Source: Tachypleus tridentatus
Lineage: Eukaryota
Length of the DNA stretch: 64,000 nucleotides
Direction of reading: 5' to 3'
NCBI RefSeq assembly: GCF_004210375.1
Contig: NC_134831.1
Coordinates: 98,889,522 to 98,953,521, forward strand
This document shows, one piece after another, positions 49,861 to 61,800 of this stretch (the first letter of the stretch is position 1; each line of letters starts with the position of its first letter). The notes beneath the pieces are model-generated. The model did no database searches and was not told where the DNA came from. It saw only the letters and a list, made by a program, of their open reading frames with translations. Both the position numbers and the translations under genes were made by a program.

Positions 49861-51229
49861 AATTTCTGCTGTATCAGATACATTAAATTTGAAAAGATAA
49901 AGATGAAAATAAAAAGAATTTTTTTCATACATGGCTATCTTATAGTAACATATTCTTGTCATTTGTTTCTTTCATAGAGGGAGCTGGTGGTATAAGTGAT
50001 GATAAAACTTATATTTAATAATTTGGGCCTTGAACACCTAAAAAGTTCCAAAAAATTTGACATCATTTATGTGGAATACTAGACTCATATGTGCAAACTA
50101 ATAAACATTTCTTGTGTAAACCTAACAGTGAGTGGTTAATAAAGCTAAAACAAGTTTACTTTTAAATTAAGGATTTTAAACCAGAAAAGAGATAAAACTT
50201 TTAACTACACTTTGACAATCCTAGTGACTGATGATAATATCCATACAGTATTATCTACCATAAAACCTGGATAACTTGAGTCATATTAATATAGATATAT
50301 GCAAAAGTAATAAACTGTGTAATTAAAACAAATGACAACTTTAAATTTTTTTACAAAATATTTTAGCAGCATGAACTGAACATTTATTATACCTGGAAAC
50401 CCTGTCTTAGACAAGTTATAATACAAAGGAATATATTTTGTAATTCTTTAGTTTTGCTTTGGCCAGACCTTATCTAAAAATAAAATCTAATTTTCAATAT
50501 ATTTTCTATTATACAGAAGAGTTCTTATTTTAAAAAAAAGGCATTTAATACATTATAACACTGATTCAAAATTTTTTTACCCCATGAACTGGTAAAATAT
50601 TTGTCAAAAACTCGGGGCCATTGAAAGAATCCTTTTAATTTTGCTTCCTAATTTATTTTCTTCTGAGAAGTTTTGAAGTATAAGTTATCATGATCAACAA
50701 TGTTATGATAAACTACAAAGGGCAAACACAAATTATAAAGTTAACCCTAAATTAATTTTTTTATAAACATTTTTATTAATTTTCTCCTGTCTTTTTCACC
50801 CTGAACATTTCTACAGAACAGAACAACACATACACAGGTCAGTGGTAAGGAACCACTACAATAACAGACTTTTATTTAAAAAGTATATTTATTAATTACC
50901 AATTTATCCAAAATGGACCTGCATTAAAAATATAAAAAAATTAGTTTATAAAATACATTAAATATTTCACGCATTTTAGAGCAAATTTTATTGGAATATA
51001 TTTAAATAACAGCTGCATCTTAAACAAGAAATTCCACAATGTATACCTCTAATAAGTACTCCTGCACCACCTTATCAATATTCAATGTTAATCTACAACA
51101 GATTAGTTATTCTTTACAGTTAATCTTGTAATTAACAAAAACAAAACCACTACACCTTTGATACATCTAATGAGTAATTTGTTCTATCAGTCAGTTGATA
51201 TAAAAAAATAAAATTAAAACTATTACAAC

Positions 51230-51350
51230 CTGGGCCTTCAAACAGCCACTCATCACCAGCAACTTTCTTCTCGTATCTATCCTTGAAATCCCTGAGAGCT
51301 CGAAGCCTAAGTGCTGTGTTTGAAGGTACAACTTTTAAAGGTGTAATATC
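51230..51350 (-). CDS. MVP: MVP exon b. Encodes [40 protein letters not shown](G).
   Basis: Acceptor tttttttag|GATATT and donor CCAG|gttgta. The phase continues into exon c. Matches human DITPLQVVLPNTALHLKAL...[13 protein letters not shown]. Confidence 0.85.
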
Positions 51351-53186
51351 CTAAAAAAATGTTTGAAATGTTCATAAAATATGCACAGATTATATATTTA
51401 AATTTTTTTATGCTTGAACACTCAGATAAAACCACTAACATCTCAGTCTTGATTAGTATTAGTCTAATACAAGGATACAGTGATAAATTATTTAGAGTGC
51501 TATAACACTCATATTATACATCTTCAATAGACTGCTTTTAAATAAATTATGAGCAGTGTTTTTAGGTTCATTCACCAAGTTTGACCACTCTTCACAAACT
51601 TAAAAAATAATTATTTTTCTGCCTATTAATGTGGAGTTTTGTCAATTTAAAAAATGCAATATTTTTCCTTTTTTTAAGTCATACTTTTTTTAAAAAACAT
51701 TGTAAACAAATTATCATTGAAGATTAAAATCATAAATATAGATTACCTATTTTATTCAAAAACAAAAGCAAACTCCAAACACCATTAGAGTTTTTTGTCA
51801 AAACATGAACAATAACACTGCACAACAATTGTTTTGAAAAGTTTTGCTTCCTGAAAAGTGTTTGCTGATTGTAACAGGTACCTGGTGGGTATGCACAAAT
51901 ATAGTTTTGGTTTTACTTCATCACATAGCAACTCTGAGTAACAGACAATTAACTGTTTATCGGCAATAACGTATTTAATTGCATTTATGTTTCTAATATG
52001 CTATTAAGTTTAACATAATTAAAAGTGTTTTGCTCCTGATTTTCATTTGTATTCAATGTCCGGTGCATCACGTTGCAGTGTCCAACAGTAGTCAGCAAGC
52101 ATTGACGGATTCCAGTTGCCCTGATATCGTTTCTCCATTGTAGCAATGTCCTTGTAAAACTGAAGTTTTTGATGAAATGGTACATGATGGGCAAATTTGT
52201 TCAAGAAGCAAAAACTTTGTTGTGCAGTGTAACCATTGTTTCTATAATATCTCCTGGCTAATCAACTTAAAAAAAATTCTGAAAGAACACAATGAATCTA
52301 GAAATATTAATTAGCATAAGACACAAGAAGCAAACTAAATAAATTAAAATTCCATCAAAAAACTATTAAACACCAATAAAGAATCTTGGAATTATGGTGC
52401 TTTCTTTTGACAGAAGAGTAAGAAATACAAAGCCAACCTCAAGCTAGGTTTAAAATAAAATAATACTATGTTTTTGAGATTTCACCATTTGCACTTTAAA
52501 TGAGAGAGATAAAATATCTATATCATGTTACAAAAAATACATTTTTTAAACTATATCATTTAACAATGACTAGATTTTTGGCAAAACACTATATCTGTTG
52601 CATCATTGAAATACCAATACAAAATGAAGAAAAGGAGGTAGGACATCAATCTTTTCTTGTCCCAATCATTGCTACATCTTTCTAATATATTGTGGTCCTG
52701 TTGATGTGACTAGTGGTCCTATTTGTTAATATTCATTTCAACAAAAAATATTGAGATAAATGAAACACTTTTTTCATTTGAAATAAAAATCATATAATGT
52801 CAGCTTGCTCTGAATCGTACTGGGGACCTAAATAGTTGTGTGATAAAATTTCCTTACATTAGGTACTAATAAAGAAACTATTACAGCTGGTATGAACTGC
52901 TAACATGTGCATCACAGAATTAACCATGCTTAACTGAGAATCGCAAATAAGAGCAACTATAACTACTGCATAAATATTTCTGCATAATGAAGTCATAATT
53001 CTTACAACTTTTCTTTTTACTTGGATATACAATAAGAATATTTACATTAAAGAATTTTTTATGTTTGAAAAATACTTATATTTTTAATTCAATTCTTTGT
53101 AGTTTGGTTTGACACCAGAATTTCAAAATCCCAATTTTCTTGATCACATCCAAACAGAGTTTTATATCAATACATTAAATGCTTAC

Positions 53187-53382
53187 CACATGTAGACGCT
53201 CTCCAGGATAAATGGGAAATGGTTCTTGCTCCAATCTAATTTCTAAATCTGCATGCTGTAACTTGACCTGACCAGCAGCATCATACTGGATTGAATTATC
53301 ACGATCATGTACCACAGGGTTCTGGATGACACAGTAATGATGAGGAGGAACAATCACCATTCTCTCAGGACCAAAAATGACC
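53187..53382 (-). CDS. MVP: MVP exon a (earliest MVP exon found). Encodes [65 protein letters not shown]. The 5' boundary is uncertain; it could instead be the ATG at 53390.
   Basis: The translation aligns with the vertebrate MVP N-terminal repeat region (human ...RVLFAPMRMVTVPPRHYC...[25 protein letters not shown]) from recalled homology. Donor GTAAGC follows ...CATGTG. The putative acceptor ..GAAAG|G is weak. Confidence 0.8.
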
Positions 53383-54239
53383 CTTTCCATAGAGGTATTA
53401 GAGTACATTCAGTTAAACACATATCTTCTTTTGTTTAAAATAAAATAAACGAGTAGCTTACACATGCAGTAATAAACTTGAAAGTATACAGACAGACACC
53501 ACAGTTGATGTAATACTTATGTTGCATAATACTCTTAAAGTTTGGATAGTTCACCTATCCTTGAACTGTGATTGCTGATCTCATGAATAAACACTGATAA
53601 GCTGGAAACCAAGTTAGATACGTGAATTTGTTCCAATTGTTATTACTTTAACAACAAATAATAACCATGAAAGACAAAGAAGAAAATGGTAAACTTAATA
53701 ATTAACTCAGGATATCTCAACCAACAAGTAATGTTTTTATGGTAGTAGGCCAAGGAATGAGCAGTTTGGGTGATTACTTCTTGGAGGTATCACACTGTTG
53801 GAAAATCTGGAATTTGCTGTATCCAAATATGCAATACATGTGATATTAACATGTTTCAGTTGTGAGTCAAAGATACACAGTTTGTCAGAGTGGTTGTACC
53901 ACCTTACCAGCCATAGTTCCACACTATAAAATGTCTTTTTTTTTCAGTCTCATATCAAAGTAAGTGACCTGCCTTCACTGTCTCTTTGAGGTTGGAAATC
54001 TTGTCCTTCAGATCTGATTAAAGGCTATTACTGTCCTTGTCAGTACCAAACCAATTTTTGAGTAACACTCTAGCATCTTTGGGTTTAATGAATGGATTTA
54101 CCTCAACAAGGGCTGTCAAAAGGTCCATGCTTCAACTTAAATGTATCAAAACCTTGCATATGCAAGTAACCAAGGGAATAATGGCTATTGATGATTACGA
54201 GGTCTGTTCAAAAAATATGTGGACTGTTTGAATTGCACT

Positions 54240-55100
54240 GCTCCAGTTGGTTCCAGGGGAATCCACTTGGTGTTGCTAGGTTCACACAGATCAGCTGATT
54301 ACGACGCCATTTCCTGATTGCAGATATCTTCATTTGTGTATTAGCTACGCGGTTTTAAGTGAAGTGCGATTTTTTCGTTTGGCGGATTTCAGAATGAATG
54401 ACCTGAAGGAGCAACGACTTGCTGTGAAATTTTGTGTTAAACTTGGAAAAGCTGCGACTGAAACTTTTGCTCTGCTTAACACGGCTTACGGTGATGTTGC
54501 CATGAAGCGTACGGCATGTTTCAAGTGGCATGAACGTTTTAAGGATGGTCGACAGTCCATTGAAGATGATGAGCATCCTGGACGTCCTTCCACGTCAACT
54601 GACGACCCACACGTCGACAAAATCAACACACTGGTGCAGGCAAATCGACGTCTGACTGTCAGGGAACTTGCTGAAGAGTGTGGGATATCAGTTGGATCTT
54701 GTTACGAGATTGTGACCAAGAAATTGAAGATGCACCGCGGTGCTGCGAAATTTGTGCCTCAGAACTCGTGAGTTTTTGGCCAAACAATCACTGTTCTTCC
54801 CCACCCACCCCTACTCACCTGACCTTGCTCCTTGCGATTTTTTTCTTGTTCCCCAAACTCAAACGACCCTTGAAAGAAAGAAGACTTGAGACGATTCCCA
54901 AGATTAAGGCAAATGCGATGAAAGAGCTGGAGGACATTACAAAAGAAGCGTACCAGGACTGTTTCAACAAGTGGAAACACCGTTGGGATAAGTGTGTGCG
55001 TTGGGGAGGAGAGTACTTTGAAGGGGTCCCAGACCTGTAACTTCTAAATAAAGTACATTTTGTTTTATGACGTCAGTCCGCGTATTTTTTTAACAGCCCT
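54240..55100 (+). mobile_element. Internally deleted mariner-family (Tc1/mariner) transposon. The transposase N-terminus (HTH, roughly 54394..54771) is fused out of frame to the C-terminus (roughly 54795..55040). The catalytic DDD core is missing. The ends are approximate.
   Basis: The N-terminal translation reads MNDLKEQRLAVKFCVKLGKAATETFALLNTAYGDVAMKRTACFKWHERFKDGRQSIEDDEHPGRPSTSTDDPHVDKINTLVQANRRLTVRELAEECGISVGSCYEIVTKKLKMHRGAAKFVPQ. The C-terminal frame reads ..PPTPTHLTLLLAIFFLFPKLKRPLKERRLETIPKIKANAMKELEDITKEAYQDCFNKWKHRWDKCVRWGGEYFEG, which fits the mariner motifs HPPYSPDLAPCDFFLFPKLK...FQ.W..RW.KCI...G.YFEGD. Confidence 0.85.
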
Positions 55101-55244
55101 CATACATGCCAAAAAGTAGCAAGGTTTGAATCACAGTCAGCAAGGTTTGGAGGTGTTTGATTTTTTTTTTAATTTTTACAATTTGGCAAAGAATAAACTA
55201 TGCTAGGAGTCTAACTGGTAAAAACTACAGAACAACACCAGAAA

Positions 55245-55470
55245 ACATCATTAAAATATACAAGACATAAATTAGACCAATAATAGACTATGCAGCTCCT
55301 ACATGGATCAATATCAGTGTAAAACAATTACAAACCAAACTCCAAACATTACAGAATACAATAATTACATCAGCATACAGAGTACCTAAAACCACTTCCT
55401 CAAACTTCATGTACAATTACTCAAATACACAAACAATACCAGATAGACTTCTACATAATACAATATAGTA
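55245..55470 (+). mobile_element. Non-LTR retrotransposon fragment (RT C-terminal segment).
   Basis: The translation IKIYKT*IRPIIDYAAPTWININVKQLQTKLQTLQNTIITSAYRVPKTTS matches the conserved post-RT block of LINE ORF2 (..YKTLIRPILEYAS.VW......LE.VQ..ALR...). Confidence 0.6.
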
Positions 55471-55825
55471 TTCTGATAAAAATTAGCAAAAAAATGATTT
55501 GCTATATGCAAACTAGACAGATATTGCATCTATGATGAACAGAGACCTAAACACCATTAAACTTGTACATCAGATATTTAAGATAAAATCAAATTTAAAA
55601 CAATAATAATAATAAAATAGTGCTAAAATACAACAGGCCACCTATGTTCTAGACTTATTAAAAAAATAAAATAAAATAAATAAATAAAAAACTTATGAAA
55701 GAACAATATAAATGGACATTGCCCTGAAAAGGGCCACATTTAAAGTTGTGCTATTACTTCAGCCATTTTGTGTTTACTCTAAATGTATTAATCAGGCCAT
55801 TCCAACTAAGAAATGGAAGGAGGAA

Positions 55826-58800
55826 GAGATCTATTGTACTTAACCCTCCTTGGTATACAAATATATATACCAAATACATAGAGAGAGAGGTCTAGTGTAC
55901 CTAACCCTCCTGGGTATACAAATGTATATACCAAATACAGAGAGAGAGAGGTCTAGTGTACCTGAGCCTCCTGGGTATACAAATATATATACCAAATATC
56001 TAGAGAGAGAGAGAGAGGTCTAGTGTACCTGATCCTCCTGGGTATACAAATATATATACTAAATACCTAGAGAGAGAGAGGTCTAGTGTACCTAACCCTC
56101 CTGGGTATACAAATATATATACCAAATACATAAAGAGAGAGAGAGGTCTAGTTTACCTGACCCTCCTGGGTATACAAACATATATACCCAAATACCTAGA
56201 GAGAGAGAGAGGTCTAGTGTACCTCACCCTCCTGGGTATACAAATATATATACCAAAATACCTAGAGAGAGAGAGGTCTAGTGTACCTGACACTCCTGGG
56301 TATACAAATATATATACCAGATACATAGAGAGAGAGGGGTCCAGTGTACCTGACCCTCCTGGGTATACAAATATATATACCAGATACATAGAGAGTGAAG
56401 TCCAATGTACCTGACCCTCCTGGGTATACAAATATATATACCCAAATACCTACAGAGAGAGAGACATCTAGTGTACCTGACCCTCATGGGTATACAAATA
56501 TATATACCAAAATACCTAGAGAGAGAGAGGTCTAGGATACCTGACCCTTCTGGGTATACAAATATATATACCAAAACACCTAGAGAGAGAGGGGTCTAGT
56601 GTACCTGACCCTCCTGGGTACACAAATATATATACCAAATACCTAGAGAAAGAGAGAGGGTCTAGTGTACTGACCCTCCTGGGTATACAAATATATATAC
56701 CAAATACCTAGAGAGAGAGTCTAGTGTACCTGACCCTCCTGGGTATACAAATATATATACCAAATACCTAGAGAGAGAGAGTCTAGTGTACCTGACCCTC
56801 CTGGGTATACAAATATATATACCAAAATACCTAGAGAGAGAGAGAAGTCTAGTGTACCTGACCCTCCTGGGTATACAAATATATATACCAAAATACCTAG
56901 AGAGAGAGGTCTAGTGTACCTGACCCTCCTGGGTACACAAATATATATACCAAATACCTAGAGAGAGAGGAGGTCTAGTGTACCTGACCCCCTCCTGGGT
57001 ATACAAATATATATACCAAAACACCTAGAGAGAGAGAGAGAGGTCTAGTGTACCTGACCCTCCTGGGTATACAAATATATATACCAAATACCTAGAGAGA
57101 GAGGTCTAGTGTACCTGACCCTCCTGGGTATACAAATATATATACCAAATACCTAAGAGAGAGAGAGGTCTAGTGTACCTGACCCTCCTGGGTATACAAA
57201 TATATATACCAAATACCTAGAGAGAGAGAGGTCTAGTGTACCTGACCCTCCTGGGTATACAAATATATATACCAAATACCTAGAGAGAGAGGTCTAGTGT
57301 ACCTGACCCTCCTGGGTATACAAATATATATACCAAATACCTAGAGAGAGAGAGAGGTCTAGTGTACCTGACCCTCCTGGGTATACAAATATATATACCC
57401 AAATACCTAGAGAGAGAGAGAGTCTAGTGTACCTGACCCTCCTGGGTATACAAATATATATACCAAATACCTAGAGAGAGAGAGGTCTAGTGTACCTGAC
57501 CCTCCTGGGTATACAAATATATATACCAAATACCTAGAGAGAGAGAGAGGTCTAGTGTACCTGACCCTCCTGGGTATACAAATATATATACCAAATACCT
57601 AGAGAGAGAGAGGTCTAGTGTACCTGACCCTCCTGGGTATACAAATATATATACCAAATACCTAGAGAGAGAGAGGTCTAGTGTACCTGACCCTCCTGGG
57701 TATACAAATATATATACCAAATACCTAGAGAGAGAGAGAGAGAGTCTAGTGTACCTGACCCTCCTGGGTATACAAATATATATACCAAATACCTAGAGAG
57801 AGAGAGGTCTAGTGTACCTGACCCTCCTGGGTATACAAATATATATACCAAATACCTAGAGAGAGAGAGGTCTAGTGTACCTGACCCTCCTGGGTATACA
57901 AATATATATACCAAATACCTAGAGAGAGAGAGTCTAGTGTACCTGACCCTCCTGGGTATACAAATATATATACCAAATACCTAGAGAGAGAGAGAGGTCT
58001 AGTGTACCTGACCCTCCTGGGTATACAAATATATATACCAAATACCTAGAGAGAGAGAGAGTCTAGTGTACCTGACCCTCCTGGGTATACAAATATATAT
58101 ACCAAATACCTAGAGAGAGAGAGAGTCTAGTGTACCTGACCCTCCTGGGTATACAAATATATATACCAAATACCTAGAGAGAGAGAGAGGTCTAGTGTAC
58201 CTGACCCTCCTGGGTATACAAATATATATACCAAATACCTAGAGAGAGAGAGAGTCTAGTGTACCTGACCCTCCTGGGTATACAAATATATATACCAAAA
58301 TACCTAGAGAGAGAGAGGTCTAGTGTACCTGACCCTCCTGGGTATACAAATATATATACCAAATACCTAGAGAGAGAGGGTCTAGTGTACCTGACCCTCC
58401 TGGGTATACAAATATATATACCAAATACCTAGAGAGAGAGAGGTCTAGTGTACCTGACCCTCCTGGGTATACAAATATATATACCAAATACCTAGAGAGA
58501 GAGAGGTCTAGTGTACCTGACCCTCCTGGGTATACAAATATATATACCAAATACCTAGAGAGAGAGAGAGGTCTAGTGTACCTGACCCTCCTGGGTATAC
58601 AAATATATATACCAAATACCTAGAGAGAGAGAGGTCTAGTGTACCTGACCCTCCTGGGTATACAAATATATATACCATAAAACCTAGAGAGAGAGAGAGA
58701 GTCTAGTGTACCTGACCCTCCTGGGTATACAAATATATATACCAAAATACCTAGAGAGAGAGAGAGGTCTAGTGTACCTGACCCTCCTGGGTATACAAAT

Positions 58801-61800
58801 ATATATACCAAAATACCGAGAGAGAGAGAGAGGTCTAGTGTACCTGACCCTCCTGGGTATACAAATATATATACCAAAATACCTAGAGAGAGAGAGAGTC
58901 TAGTGTACCTGACCCTCCTGGGTATACAAATATATATACCAAATACCTAGAGAGAGAGAGGTCTAGTGTACCTGACCCTCCTGGGTATACAAATATATAT
59001 ACCAAATACCTAGAGAGTGAGAGGTCTAGTGTACCTGAGCCTCCTGGGTATACAAATATATATACCCAAATACCTAGAGAGAGAGAGGTCTAGTGTACCT
59101 GACCCTCCTGGGTATACAAATATATATACCAAATACCTAGAGAGAGAGAGAGGTCTAGTGTACCTGACCCTCCTGGGTATACAAATATATATACCAAATA
59201 CCTAGAGAGAGAGAGAGGTCTAGTGTACCTGACCCTCCTGGGTATACAAATATATATACCAAATACCTAGAGAGAGAGAGAGGTCTAGTGTACCTGACTC
59301 TCCTGAGTATACAAATATATATACCAAATACCTAGAGAGAGAGAGAGGTCTAGTGTACCTGACCCTCATGGGTATACAAATATATATACCAAATACATAG
59401 AGAGAGAGAAGTCTAGTGTACCTGACCCTCCTGGGTATACAAATATATATACCAAAAACCTAGAGAGAGAGAGTCTAGTGTACCCAACCCTCCTGGGTAT
59501 ACAAATATATATACCAAAATACCTAGAGAGAGAGGTCTAGTGTACCTGACCCTCCTGGGTATACAAATATATATACCAAATACCTAGAGAGAGAGAGGTC
59601 AAGTGTAGCTGACCCTCCTGGGTATACAAATATATATACCAAATACCTAGAGAGAGAGAGTCTAGTGTACCTGACCCTCCTGGGTATACAAATATATATA
59701 CCAAATACCTAGAGAGAGAGGTCAAGTGTACCTGACCCTCCTGGGTATACAAATATATATACCAAATACCTAGAGAGAGAGAGAGGTCTAGTGTACCTGA
59801 CCCTCCTGGGTATACAAATATATATACCAAATACCTAGAGAGAGAGAGAGAGAGGTCTAGTGTACCTGACTCTCCTGAGTATACAAATATATATACCAAA
59901 TACCTAGAGAGAGAGAGAGAGTCTAGTGTACCTGACCCTCCTGGGTATACAAATATATATACCAAATACCTAGAGAGAGAGAGGTCTAGTGTACCTGACC
60001 CTCCTGGGTATACAAATATATATACCAAAAACCTAGAGAGAGAGAGAGGTCTAGTGTACCTGACCCTCCTGGGTATACAAATATATATACCAAATACCTA
60101 GAGAGAGAGAGAGGTCTAGTGTACCTGACCCTCCTGGGTATACAAATATATATACCAAAATACCTAGAGAGAGAGAGGTCTAGTGTACCCGACCCTCCTG
60201 GGTATACAAATATATATACCAAATACCTAGAGAGAGAGAGGTCTAGTGTACCTGACCCTCCTGGGTATACAAATATATATACCAAATACCTAGAGAGAGA
60301 GAGAGTCTAGTGTACCTGACCCTCCTGGGTATACAAATAAATATACCAAAATACCTAGAGAGAGAGAGGTCTAGTGTACCTGACCCTCCTGGGTATACAA
60401 ATATATATATCCAAATACCTAGAGAGAGAGAGAGGTCTAGTGTACCTAACCCTCCTGGGTAGACAAATATATATACCAAAATACCTAGAGAGAGAGAGAG
60501 AGGTCTGGTGTACCTGACCCTCCTGGGTATACAAATATATATACCAAATACCTAGAGAGAGAGGTCTAGTGTACCTGACCCTCCTGGGTATACAAATATA
60601 TATACCAAATACCTAGACAGAGAGAGGTCTAGTGTACCTGACCCTCCTGGGTATACAAATATATATACCAAATACCTAGAGAGAGAGAGGTCTAGTGTAC
60701 CTGACCCTCCTGGGTATACAAATATATATACCAAATACCTAGAGAGAGAGATCAAGTGTACCTGACCCTCCTGGGTATACAAATATATATACCAAATACC
60801 TAGAGAGAGAGAGAGGTCTAGTGTACCTGACCCTCCTGGGTATACAAATATATATACCAAAAACCTAGAGAGAGAGAGAGTCTAGTGTACCCACCCTCCT
60901 GGGTATACAAATATATATACCAAAATACCGATAGAGAGAGAGAGGTCTAGTGTACCCGACCCTCCTGGGTATACAAATATATATACCAAAATACCGATAG
61001 AGAGAGAGAGGTCTAGTGTACCCGACCCTCCTGGGTATACAAATATATATACCAAATACCTAGAGAGAGAGGCCAAGTGTAGCTGACCCTCCTGGGTATA
61101 CAAATATATATACCCAAATACCTAGAGAGAGAGAGAGGTCTAGTGTACCTGACCCTCCTGGGTATACAAATATATATACCAAATACCTAGAGAGAGAGGT
61201 CTAGTGTACCTGACCCTCCTGGGTATACAAATATATATACCAAATACCTAGAGAGAGAGAGAGGTCTAGTGTACCTGACCCTCCTGGGTATACAAATATA
61301 TATACCAAATACCTAGAGAGAGAGAGAGGTCTAGTGTACCTGACCCTCCTGGGTATACAAATATATATACCAAATACCTAGAGAGAGAGAGAGGTCTAGT
61401 GTACCTGACCCTCCTGGGTATACAAATATATATACCAAATACCTAGAGAGAGAGAGGTCTAGTGTACCTGACCCTCCTGGGTATACAAATATATATACCA
61501 AATACCTAGAGAGAGAGAGAGGTCTAGTGTACCTGACCCTCCTGGGTATACAAATATATATACCAAATACCTAGAGAGAGAGAGAGTCTAGTGTACCTGA
61601 CCCTCCTGGGTATACAAATATATATACCAAAAACCTAGAGAGAGAGAGAGGTCTAGTGTACCTGACCCTCCTGGGTATACAAATATATATACCAAAATAC
61701 CAATAGAGAGAGAGAGGTCTAGTGTACCTGACCCTCCTGGGTATACAAATATATATACCAAAATACCTAGAGAGAGAGAGAGTCTAGTGTACCTGACCCT

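Noticed and set aside
53737-53922. The minus-strand ORF as a candidate first coding exon of MVP (it contains ..VIPP..).
   Set aside because: Only the IPP tripeptide matches. The invariant YHYIHVLDQN block is absent and no acceptable splice donor was found.
54334-54393. An upstream extension of the mariner transposase ORF (MCISYAVLSEVRFFRLADFR).
   Set aside because: The conserved transposase N-terminus begins at MNDLKEQ (54394). The upstream residues lie in the 5' UTR or TIR region and are in frame by chance.
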